DNA of 64,000 nucleotides from Torpedo marmorata (lineage: Eukaryota), in contig OZ360230.1 in NCBI GenBank assembly GCA_977017645.1, positions 74,710,001-74,774,000 on the forward strand. Reading direction: 5' to 3'. The notes under the pieces were generated by a model that was not told the DNA's origin, searched no databases, and was given only the letters and a program-made list of their open reading frames with translations. Shown one piece after another: positions 28,185 through 39,635 of this stretch. Numbering within the stretch: the stretch's first letter is position 1; each line of letters starts with the position of its first letter. Made by a program: the position numbers and the translations under genes.

Positions 28185-30876
28185 AATTGCTAAAATTTGA
28201 CTACAAAATCCTGTCCAAAGTCATTGCCAATCGAGTCAAGTCTGTCCTGAGACATATAATCCCACCTAGACCAAACCTGTATGGTTCCTGGCAGGAAAAT
28301 CTCTGATAGCCTCATGCTGCTCAGAGATACCATTGCCTACATGCAGGATGGGGATGTGGACACCTGCCTGGTCAACTTTGACCAGGTGAAGCCTTTCGAC
28401 CAATATCACACACGTACTGATGGACATGCTCTCCAAAATGGGCTTTGGGGAGGGAATCCAAAATTGGATTGAACTGCTCTACACGGACATCCGTAGCACA
28501 GTCCAAATCAATGGGTGGGAAACAGATAGCTTCCCCATCAAGTCTGGAGTCAGGCAAGGTTGCCTGCTATCTCCAGTCATTTGTTTGCTGTATAGAGTCC
28601 TTTGCTGAATCCATCAGGAAGGACGAGGACACAAGAGCAGTGACGTTGCCAGGTAGTGGAGGCACTCAGGTTAAGGCCTCCCTATACATGGAAGACATCG
28701 CCGACATCTGTTTGGTCACATGATTGGCCTGGAAATTGATCAGCATCTGCAGCCATTTTGAGTCTGCATTGGCACCAGGTAAACCAGAAGAAGAGCGAGG
28801 CAATGCACTTCGGTAACTGGACTGACCAGTCCACCATCCCCTTCACAGTCAGATCTAACCACCTAAAGGAGTTGAGGATTTGGTTTGGAGGGGCTAAGGC
28901 GTGCAACAAAAATTGGTCAGAGTGGAATGCAGAGGTCCACCAGAAATTGGGTCTGTGGGCGGGATGCTCCCCCTCCATAACAGGGAAGGACCTGGTCATC
29001 AGGTGTGAAGTGGTGTAGGTACTGCTGTGCGTAGCACAGATATGGCCCAACCCCGCAACTCTGCCCTGGCAGTCACTGCAGCAGTCTTCCGGTTCATATG
29101 AGAATCCAAGATGGAAAGGGTCTGAAGGATTGCCACGTACCAGTCACCAGACAATGGGGACAAAGGCGTACCCAACGTGGCCCTCATTCTGATGACCACC
29201 TTCATGTGTGGCTTCATCAGGCTGTGCATAGAACCAAAATATGAGGGCACCACGTGCCACTATGTGCTGAGGTTCTACCTGTCCCAGGTGCTACAAAGGA
29301 TGGGCCTTGCCCCATTGCCGCACAATGTCCCAGTTAGCTGGACTTTGCCACACCATCTATCCTTTGTGAAAAGTTTATCCACACAAACACTTTTGACTAC
29401 AAGGTCATCAGGCAGAGGTCAGCACGGAACATCCTGCAGACACTGAGAGACGAGGACTCGATGGACATCGTGGGGTGGTTCCCGGAGCAGACCGTCCAGG
29501 TCATCTGACAGAATGCCTCATTGCCAGTGCTCACAAACGAGCACCAGGACATGGCCTGGATAATGGTGAGAGGAGCCCTCCCATTCAGATCCTTCCTGTA
29601 CAACCGGATCATCACCCACAACGCACGTTGTCCCTGAGATGACTGCAGTGGAGTGGAGACAGTTGCCCATCTCTTTTCTGATGCATATTCGCTCAGAATG
29701 TGTGGAAAAGTATGCAAGGGTCCTTGTCACGGTTCATCCCCAGCAGCAGCATGACAGAGAACTCTTTGATTTATGGGCTAGTCCCAGGAATGCACAGTCA
29801 GGCATCCAGAAAATCAACTAGAAGACCATCAGATTTCAGATTTAATGTCAGAGTACATACATGACGTCACATACAACCCTGACATTCTTTTTTCCTGCGG
29901 GCGCAGCAGAATTACCACTAATTGGTAGTGCAAAAAGTTAATTGTACACAGCGTAAACATGTACACAATCAAAAGAACTGCTAACAGGTAACGAATGAAA
30001 CTGAAAATGAAACTGACTGTGCAATACAGAGAGAGCAAAGAAAAATCAATAAAGTGCACGAGTAAGAGTCCTTAAATAAGTCTCTGATTTGACTTTGTCG
30101 TTGAGGATTCTGATGGTAGAGGGGTAGCAGCTGTTCCTAAACCTGGTGGTACGAGTCTTGTGGAATCTATACTTCTCTCCTGATGGTAGCAGCGAGAACA
30201 GAGCATGCGCTGGGTGGTGTGGGTCTTTGATGATTGCTGCTGCCCTCCGACGGCAGCGTTCCCTGTAGATGTACTCAATAGTGGGGAGGGTTTTGCCAGT
30301 AATGTCCTGGGCTGTGTCCACTACCTTTTGGAGGGCTTTACACTCAGGGGTATTGGTGTTCCCATACCAGACCGCGATGCAGCCGGTCAGCATACTTTCC
30401 ACCACACATCTATAGAAATCTGCCAGAGTTTCTGGTGACATACCAAACCTCTGCAAGCTCCTAAGAACTCGGTGAAAGACGCACTTTGGTCTGCCAGAAA
30501 CCTGTTGGTCTTTCAGCATACAGAGATGGTGTAGGAATCCTGCCGACTGGCACATTCCAGGCTGCAGGAATATGTGTTGAGGGATGCACTGAGACTTGGC
30601 GCAGCTAACGCAAGGGTGCTGTGGGGAAGGACCACAGACTAGGTTCCTTCCATTACCAGGCATTAAGGGGTTAAGACCGAGGGGAAGCCCCTCAAACAAC
30701 AGAGGGGGGAGTAACGACAAGATGCCACAGTGGTGGTAAGGATGTAAATAGAAATGCATGTTACAATCTACAGTGTTGGAATGTATGGATACAAAACTAA
30801 GGGTGGGGAGAGACTTTGAACAGTTTTACTTTTGTAAATAATTTATTGTGAATAAAGTCTACTTTTGGTTAAAAAA
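28185..30876 (+). mobile_element. 5'-truncated Tx1-like LINE, interrupted by a Rex1/Babar insertion
   Basis: DYKILSKVIANRV, VPGRKISDSLMLLRDTIAY, SGVRQGCLLSP, LYMED, and a C-terminal CP..DC...ETVAHL..C motif; aataaa plus short A tail near 30851-30876. Confidence 0.85.
29829..30465 (-). mobile_element. Rex1/Babar 3' fragment nested in the Tx1-like LINE
   Basis: LRSLQRFGMSPETLADFYRCVVESMLTGCIAVWYG; (tctgaaa) tail. The host reads through as gaagaccatc|aactcggtg with no obvious TSD. Confidence 0.9.
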
Positions 30877-30975
30877 TCTTTATCTCCTCTGGACGGTGCA
30901 AGACTTGCTGAGTTCCTCCAGCATTTTTGTGTTTTTACCATAATCACAGTGTTTGCAGACTCTTGTGTTTCACTA
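30877..30975 (+). mobile_element. Penelope 3' tail fragment
   Basis: gacttgctgagttcctccagcatttttgtgtttttac...gtgtttgcagac matches the reverse complement of 39640-39715. Confidence 0.7.
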
Positions 30976-32321
30976 ATAGTCTTAAAGTTAATTTCTCCCT
31001 GCAGCCATCAAGCTCCTGAATGAACACCATAACAGTGCTTTCATGCAGCCCATGCTTGATGCTAATTTATCTTCCTTTTCATTGTAACCCTGTACTCTGT
31101 AAATTCTGCTCTCCATACAACAGTATGTCAGAGATGACCTCTGGTCTGTTCGCAGAAGAACCCTTCTCACTGCATTTGGTATTTTGTGGCAAATAAATTT
31201 AAATACAATTAAAGCTCTTCCCCGTAGTGTAACTTTCAAAACTAATATGTGGGGTACCCACAATACTGCCTTAATGCCAAGTAAAGACATTAGAACATTT
31301 CCAAGTCAGTGTTTTATATCAATGACCTTTCATCAGTTTCATTCCAACCTTGCAGAATGCACATTTCCAAACTAGCAGATCCAACCACCAGGCAGCATCT
31401 AGTGATTGATTCTATTTCTGCAGCTGCAGAAGCCACTCAATGTTTGGTTGCTTGAGTAGAAGCAAATACTTCCATGTGCAAGCACAGGCTCCGTTGTTTT
31501 GGCATTACTGCTGAAGCTAACTTTGTGCAGTTCCGCAATCTGTTCTCTGTCAGCTTGCTAAGATTAAAGATGCATGTCCTGGCATGTTAAAATGGATTTG
31601 TGGATCTCAAAGTGATATAATTTACCCTCCTACCCCTGTGGAATTAGGCTCGCCAGGAAATAAGGCCTCGGAGTCCCAAATGATCGCAGATTGAAAGGAA
31701 CATGAAGCAAGGAAATGAAAGACAACTGTAACTTTGACTGCACACTTTGTTCCACATGCAGAACATGGCAGATGTCTGGAGCTGATTCCCAGAGACACTG
31801 CTCATCTCAGGTGTAACCAGAAACAGTGGTGCCTTGAACAGCCTTCATGGAAAGGGTTTCCTGCTCAGAACCCAGTTTTCCTTCTATCTCTTACCTCGAA
31901 GCAGGAAGCTTTCCCTTTAAACACACCATTTTGTGCATCTCCCAGTGGTGTTACCACCAAAAGCCTCATGCCTGTTGGCCAAAGGCCATGCCTGAGGCTC
32001 ATGATAAAATACTGAAACTTCAACTCAAAGCAAAATATTTCTGACTTTACCAACTTCTCAAAAACCAAGCCAAACTGCGTTCCAACGGACTCTCCTTTCG
32101 TTCTAACCACTACAGGCAATTTATCATTTTTTTTTTAATGGCATATGTCGGAGGAAAGGGTGAGATAAGTTGCGGAGGCCTTCCCACTGCTAAGCAATGC
32201 ATGTTTATCACCTGGCAAAAGCTGGATAGACATAGCCACTTGAAAGGCCTGGAACCAAACTGGCATTACACAAGGATTGTGGTCAGCAACTGGCTACTTG
32301 TGCATGTGACACACTAGGTAC

Positions 32322-32500
32322 TGTGATGCTTCTTTTTATTGTAATAAAGAAACTTGGGTTCTTTTAAAACAGCTATACTTTATTAGTGATAGGCTCAAGA
32401 CCGCGTGGAGGCATCCATCTTGAATTCAACCGAAGCTGCAACAAACTAGTCTCCAACTCCCTCTAGTGGTCAGGAGTGTCACTAGCACTCTATCACTACA
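32322..32500 (-). repeat. Gypsy 3' LTR (179 bp)
   Basis: Direct repeat of 42716-42875; preceded on the minus strand by the purine tract AGAAATGGGA (32501-32510). Confidence 0.95.
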
Positions 32501-32815
32501 TCCCATTTCTTTGAGATGTTTAATCTAACAACATAACACACTAATACAGTATTCATTTCAATTTAAAGTTCAACACAAACGTAAACACAACATCAGCAGC
32601 TCAAACCTTTTAAGTGTGCAGTTCTTTTTCTTTTAGAGATTCAACCGGTCAGGTGCTTTGATAACACGTGTGGATCTTCTTAACACAAGTGCTTATGTCG
32701 GCTCTGCTGGTCCACTACTGTCTAGCACTTGTGGTGTCTCCTCTGTTGCTGTGCAGGCTGGATCTTCTGCATTTGTCTGTTCCTGCAGTGTCTCTTGCAT
32801 TTTCAGCAGGCTCTT

Positions 32816-34040
32816 TCAATTCCTTCTCAGTATTTGACTATCCTCTGTTCTGACAGTGTAGGATCTTGGATTTACTTCCTCCAGAACAGTTGCCTTTTTC
32901 TCCCAAGTGTTGGAATCTCTGAGTCTCACTGTGTCATGTTGTGCCAGTGGCCCGAAGCTTCTTGCTGACTTGTCATAGTTTGCTTTTTGTCTCCATTGCA
33001 GACGCTTTTGTTTCCGTTCGACATCTTCAACATCTCTGTTCTTGTTTGGCTCTTCAGAGTAGGGAAGTGTGGTGCGTAGTCTACGTCCCATCAGAAGCTC
33101 AGCGGGTGACCTGCCATGTTCAAGTGGCGAAGCTCCATAACTCAATAGAGCTAGATATGGATCTGAGCCACTGTCTTGTGCTTTCTTGAGCAACTGTTTA
33201 ACTATGTGAACTCCTTTCTCTGCTTTACCGTTTGACTGTGGATGCAGGGGACTTGAAGTCACATGTCAAAAATCATACTCTTCTGCAAAGTTCTGGAATT
33301 CTCTACAGCTGTAGCATGGTCCATTGTCACTGTAGAAAATTTGAGGAATTCCATGTCTTGCAAAGATCGATGTCATATATTTGATCACACAAGCAGCAGA
33401 CATGTTAGGAAGCAACGCTATTTCCGGATAGTTCGATAGATAGTCAATAACCAGCAAGTAATTATTTCCATAAATGTGGAACAGATCAGTCCCAACTTTG
33501 TGCCATGGTTCTGCTGGTACATCAGTTATTATTATGGTTTCCTTTGTCTGCTTTGCGTGATGTTTCAAACAGGTCTCACAGCTGGAAACCATCCTGTCAA
33601 TGTCAGCATTTATCCCTGGCAATAAACAGCAGTTCTGGCCCTCCTCTTGCATTTTTCCATTCCAAGGTGCCCCTCATGCACCCTTTTCAGCATCTCTTGT
33701 TGCAGTGATTGAGGAATGACAATTCTGCTCTGTCTGAGTAGAAGCCCATTGACAACGCTCAGTTCAGCTCTGATGTTGTAATATGGCTGACATTCACCTC
33801 TAGGCCATCCATTCAGATTCTTTATGACCTTCTGAAGAACTGTGTCCTTTTCTGTTTCAGCTGCGATCTGCTTGGATTTTATGTCAGATACGGGAAGAGA
33901 TTCAGTGATCAGATTCACGTGGAGATTCACATCTGTCTCTGTGGAACTCTCATTGTGTGCTTCACTCTGCGTCGTTGCCCTGTATAACGCATCAGCTAAC
34001 ACAATAGGTTTCCCTGGTGTGCACACCCTCTTGACTAGGC
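32816..34040 (-). pseudogene. Gypsy RNase H C-terminal stub and integrase, frameshifted
   Basis: ORFs 33610-34116 (PGKPIVLADAL, VHEGHLGMEKC), 33266-33652 (WHKVGTDLF, SDNGP) and 32816-33262 (SSPLHPQSNGKAEK, SPAELLMGRRLRT). Confidence 0.9.
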
Positions 34041-35442
34041 TTATGTTAAGAACATAAGAACATAAGAAATTAGGAACAGGAGTAGGCCAACCGGCCCAAC
34101 GAGCCTGCCCTGCCATTCAATAAGATCATGGCTGATCTGATTAATGCCCTAACTCCACCTACCTGCCCTTTCCCCATATCCCCTAATTCCTTTTTTATGT
34201 AAAAATCTATCCAACTGAACCTTAAATATGTTCAATGAAGCAGCCTCAACCGCTTCCCTGGGTAGAGAATTCCACAAATTCACCACTCTCTGGGAAAAAC
34301 TGTTTTTCCTCATCTCTGTCCTAAATCTACTCCCCTGAATCTTGAGGCTGTGTCCCCTAGTTTTGGTCTCACCTGCCAGTGAAAAAAAACCTTCCTACCT
34401 CTATCCTATCCATCCCCTTCATAATTCTATATGTTTCTATAAGATCTCCTCTCATTCTTCTGAACTCGAGCGAGTATAATCCCAGACGATTTAATCTTTC
34501 ATCATGTCAACCCCATCTCAGGGATAAACCTAGTTAACCTCCTCTGGACTGCCTCCAAGGCCAGTATATCCTTCCTCAAATATGGAGACCAGAACTGTGC
34601 ACAGTACTCCAGGTGCGGTCTCACCAGTACCTTGTACAGTTGCAACATTACCTCCCTGCTCCTGAATTCAATTCCCCTAGCGATGAAGGCCAACATTCCA
34701 TTTGCCTTCTTAATAACCTGCTGCACCTGCAACCCAACTTTTTGCGATTTGTGCACAAGCACTCCCAAGTCCTTCTGCACAACAGCATGCTGCAGTTTTT
34801 CACCACTTAAATAATACTCTGCTCTTTTATTTTTCTTGCCAAAGTGGATAACCTCGCACTTACTAACATTGTACTCCATCTGCCAGACCTTTGCCCACTC
34901 ACCTAACTTAACTATATCCCTCTGCAGCCTCTCCACATCCTCAGTACAATTTGCTCTTTCACTCAATTTAGTATCATCCGCAAACTTGGCTATACCACAT
35001 TTTGTCCCCTCCTCCAAATCATCAATGTAAATGATGAACAGTTGTGGGCCCAGCACCGACCCCTGCGGCACCCCACTTACCACTGTCTGCCAATCAGAAA
35101 AACACCCATTTATCCCGACTCTCTGCCTCCTTTCAGACAACCAATCCTCAATCCATGCCAATATACTTCCCTGGACTCCATTCACCTGTAACTTACTGAT
35201 AAGTCTCTTGTGCGGCACCTTATCAAACGCTTTCTGGAAATCCAAATATACAACATCAACCTGTTCCCCTCTATCTACCGCACCCATTATGCCCTCAAAG
35301 AACTCTAACAAGTTTGTCAAACAAGATCTGCCCTTCCTAAACCCATGCTGCGTCTGCCTGATTGAACCCTTTCGTTCTAAATGTCTCATTATTTCATCCT
35401 TAATGACAGCTTCAAGCATTTTCCTAACTACAGACGTTAAGC

Positions 35443-35776
35443 TAATTGGCCAATAGTTCCCAGTCTTCTGCCTACATCTCTTCTTAAAAAGTGGCGTGAC
35501 ATTTGCTGTCTTCCAATCTGCCGGGACCTGCCCAGAATCCAGAGAATTTTGCTATATGACCACCAATGCATCGTCTATAACTTCTGCCATCTCCCTCAGA
35601 ACCCTGGGATGAATTTCATCAGGACCAGGGGACTTGTCCGGCTTTAGTCCCATTAGTTTGTTCATCACCATCTCCTTTGTGACAACTATTTTATCAAGGC
35701 CTTCACCAACTTTCGCATCCCTATTTCCACTCTTTGGCATGCTGGACGTATCTTCCACCGTGAAGACTGACACAAA
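35443..35776. repeat. Copy 1 of the ~330-bp duplication flanking the nested L1
   Basis: taattggcc...gactgacacaaa is repeated at 37130-37436. Confidence 0.92.
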
Positions 35777-37132
35777 TTTTTTTTTTTAAATTTAATTTTA
35801 TTTTATTTAAAATTTTAAATCACAAAATACATAAAATAAAATATAAAATTATCAAAATACATGTGATACATTTTCACCCCCCCTCCCTCCCTTAACCCTC
35901 CCACCCCCCTGACTCACACCGGCTCACCGACGAGGCGCGGTCAAGTCGCACAGTACACTGTACGTCCCATTCAACAACCACGCCGAAAGCACGGGGAGCC
36001 CATACTAATCTACTAAAATTTAAAAAAAGAAAGAAAAAGATAGAGTAAGGAGAATGTCAATCTAAAAAGAACAACTATAAACTGATTTTATTGTGGAGGA
36101 TAGGTTCGCCAGTCAGATCCGATGCCCAGAGATCTTCAAATCCTTAAACCAACAGTTTTTATATATGGGCTCCATATTTTCAAAAAGAAATGATATTTAT
36201 TACGTAAATTATAAGTAATTTTTTCAAGTGGTATACATGAACGAAGTTCTGCATGCCATCTTTCTAACCCTAAATCTACGTCAGATTTCCAAGTAATAGC
36301 AATGCATTTCTTAGAAACAGCTAAAGCAATTCGCAAAAATTATATTTGATACATATTTAATTTCATCTTAATACTAATTCTTTTAATGTCTCCAAACAAA
36401 AATATCATTGAGTCCAATGGAAGTGTAATACTCAATACTTTATCTAAAAAGTTTTTAACTTTCAACCAAAAATCATATATCTTTGGACAAAACCATGTAG
36501 AATGTACAAAAGAACCTTCCCCTCTATTACATCTAAAACATAAACCTGTTAATGTCGAATTAAATTTCTTTAATTTTTTAGGCGTTAAATATAATTGATG
36601 AAAGAAATTATATTGAACTAATCTATATCTAACGTTAATAATCTTCGTCATACTTAATTTACATAATTCTTTCCAATGTTCTTCCTCTATTGTTACATTC
36701 AAATCTGATTCCTATTTTAATCTTGATTTATGAATTCCTACTTTAGGGATTTTTCTCTGAAACAATCTATATATTTGAGAAATAAATTTATTTACGCCTC
36801 CATTAGTAACTAATAATTCTAGTTCACTCTGTCTTGGTAGAGTCAAACTATAACCCAACTTCCCAACTAAAAATGCTCTAATTTGATAATAAGCAAAAAG
36901 TGTATTATTCAATACATTAAACATATCTTTCATTCTTTGAAAGTAATAAATTTACTAGCTTCAAAACAATCATTTATTTTCTTAATTCCCTTTTAGAACC
37001 AAATTTTAAATAATTGATTATCAACAGTAAATGGAATAAGTTTATTTTGATATAAAGGCATTTTTCGAGAAATCGACCCTTTCCCTCCTATCTCGCTATC
37101 CACTCTATTCCATATTTCTAACAAATGTTTAA
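35777..37132 (-). mobile_element. 5'-truncated L1 nested in CR1 ORF2, same family as 981-4002
   Basis: Poly(T) at 35777; ORF fragments 36136-36933 align with 1147-1938 and keep the C-terminus (CIPLEKITY...KIWSPY). Confidence 0.95.
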
Positions 37133-37436
37133 TTGGCCGATAGTTCCCAGTCTTCTTCCAACATCCCTTCTTAAAAAGTGACGTGACATTTGCTGTCTTC
37201 CAATCTGCCGGGACCTGCCCAGAATCCAGAGAATTTTGGTATTTTGCCATCTCCCTCAGAACCCTGGGATGCATTTCATCAGGACCAGGGGACTTGTCTG
37301 GCTTTTGTCCCATTAGCTTGTTCATCACCATCTCCTTTGTGACAACTATTTTATCAAGGCCTTCACCAACATTCGCATCCCTATCTCCACTCTTTGGCAT
37401 GCTGGACGTACCTTCCACCGTGAACACTGACACAAA
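37130..37436. repeat. Copy 2 of the duplication (27-bp internal deletion)
   Basis: About 15 substitutions versus copy 1 by manual count. Confidence 0.92.
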
Positions 37437-39635
37437 ATATTTGTTCAAGGCCTCGGCCATTTCCTCATTATTCAATATCAATTTCCCCTTCTCATCTTCC
37501 AAGGGTCCAATGTTAACTCTAGCCACCCTCTTCCGTTTTATATATTTAAAAATTTTTGCTATCTGTTTTTATATTTTGTGCCAATTTACCTTCATAATCC
37601 TTTCTCCCCTTTCTTTTTACCCGCTTTGTTGTCCCTTGTTGTCTTTTAAAGTTTTCCCAATCTTCCAGTTTCCCACAACTCTTTGCAACTTTGTACACCT
37701 GAGCTTTTAATTTTATACTCTCCTTTATTTCCTTAGTTAACCACGGCTGACTCTTCCCTCTCTTGCTGCCCTTATTCTTAACTGGAATATATTTTTGTTG
37801 AGCATTGTTTGAAAAATCTCCTTGAAAATCTTCCACTGTTCCTCAACTGTTCTACCAACTAGCCTGTGCTCCCAGTCCACGCTGACCAATTCCTCCCTCA
37901 TCCTGTGATAGTCTCCCATGTTTAAGCATAATACATTAGTTCTAGCTCTAACTATTTCCCCTTCCATTTGTATGAGAAATTCAATCATACTATGATCGCT
38001 ATTTCCAAGAGGGTCCCTAACTATTATATCATTTACTCTACCTATCTCATTGGACAATACTAGATCCAAAATAGCTTTCACTCTTGTTGGTTCCTTAACA
38101 TGCTGCTCAAGAAAGCTATCACGGATGCATTCTATGAAGTCTTCTTCCAGACTCCCGCGATCAACTTGATTTTCCCAATCTACGTGGTAGTTAAAGTCCC
38201 CCACGACAACTGCCGTTCCATTCTTACATGCCTCACTTATCTCTCTGTTTATTGCCTGTGCCACTGTACTATTTGGTGGGCGATGGACAACACCCACCAG
38301 TGATTTTTTTCCCTTTGTTATTCTTAATCTCCACCCAGATGGACTCAACAGTATGTTCCTTAGATCTTAAATCATCTCTCACTATTGCCTTGAACTCATC
38401 CTTGATTAAGAGCGCCACACCTCCTCCCTTACCATCCTGTCTATCCTTTCGTACTACCTGATACCCTTGAAAGTTTAATTCCCAATCATGGTCATCTTGT
38501 AGCCATGTTTCTGTGATGGCCACTAAATCATATGCCTGGGTACCGATTTGCGTCTCAAGTTCACTAACCTTGTTTCTAATACTGCGGCATTCAGATAAAG
38601 TGCCCTTATGCTCATTGACCTTTTAGAATCTAGTGACTTCTGTATCCTTTGCTTTTGATTTTGATTTTTCTGCCCTCTATTTCTCTTTGTCTTTTTCCTA
38701 ACACTTTCTTTGGTCTCTGTACCACCTTCCTCATTTTTTCTGTGTAGGTTCCCATTCCCCTGCCCCACTAGTTTAAACCTTCCCCAACAGCACAAGCAAA
38801 AGAACTCCCAAGTACATTTATCTCGCCCCTGCCCAGATGTAGACCGTCTGGCCTGTATTGGTCCCATCTGCCCCAGAACCGGTTCCAATGCTTCAAGAAA
38901 CTGAAACCTTCCCTCCAGCACCACTGTTCAAGCCACATATTCATTCTGACAATTCTGTTATTTGTATTCTCACTAGCTTGTGGTACTGGTAATAATCCTG
39001 AGATTATTACTTTTGAGGTCCTACTCCTTAATCTATTTCCTAACTCCCTAAATTCAGCTTGTTGGAGCTCATCTCGCATTTTTCCTATATCGTTGGTACC
39101 AATAATGGACCACGACAGCTCGCTGTTCACCCTCCCCTTCCAGAATGTCCTGCAGCCGCTCCAAGACATCCTTGTCCCTTGCACCCAGGAGGCAGCACAC
39201 CATCCGGGAGTCCTTTTTGCGGCCGCAGAAGCTCCTGTCTGTTCCTCTCACCATAGAGTCCCCTATAACTATTACTCTACCTGTCTTTTTCTTTCCCTCT
39301 TTCATAGCTGAGCCACTCACAGAGCCATGATCCTGGCTTCTACTGCCTTCTCCTGGTGGGCCATCTCCCCCAACCATATCTAAAGCGGTATATCTGTTAC
39401 GAAGAGTGATGACCGCAGGAGACTCCCGCACTACCTTTCTGTTTCCGCTCTTGCTGCTGGTCATCCAGTCCTTATCTACTTCTGCTCTCTTAAACTGCGG
39501 CGTGACCAACTCACTGAATGTCCTATCCACCATCATCTCCGCATCCCGGATGCTCCAAAGTGAGTTCATCCGCAGCTCCAGTGCCGTCGTGCGGTCTATC
39601 AGCAGTTGTAGTTGTAAACACTTTATGCACACGTA

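Noticed and set aside
30046-30759. 237-aa ORF as a host gene
   Set aside because: Antisense Tx1 sequence joined to a Rex1/Babar C-terminus.
35927-36000. Canonical hammerhead or HDV ribozyme call for the L1 insert
   Set aside because: The hammerhead core has CCGA instead of CUGA and no stem III/NUH; the HDV-like fold lacks the catalytic C. Kept only as an unexplained structured element.
36993-37526. In-frame CR1-L1 chimeric ORF (177 aa)
   Set aside because: Mid-element junction product with upstream frameshifts and no complete domain.
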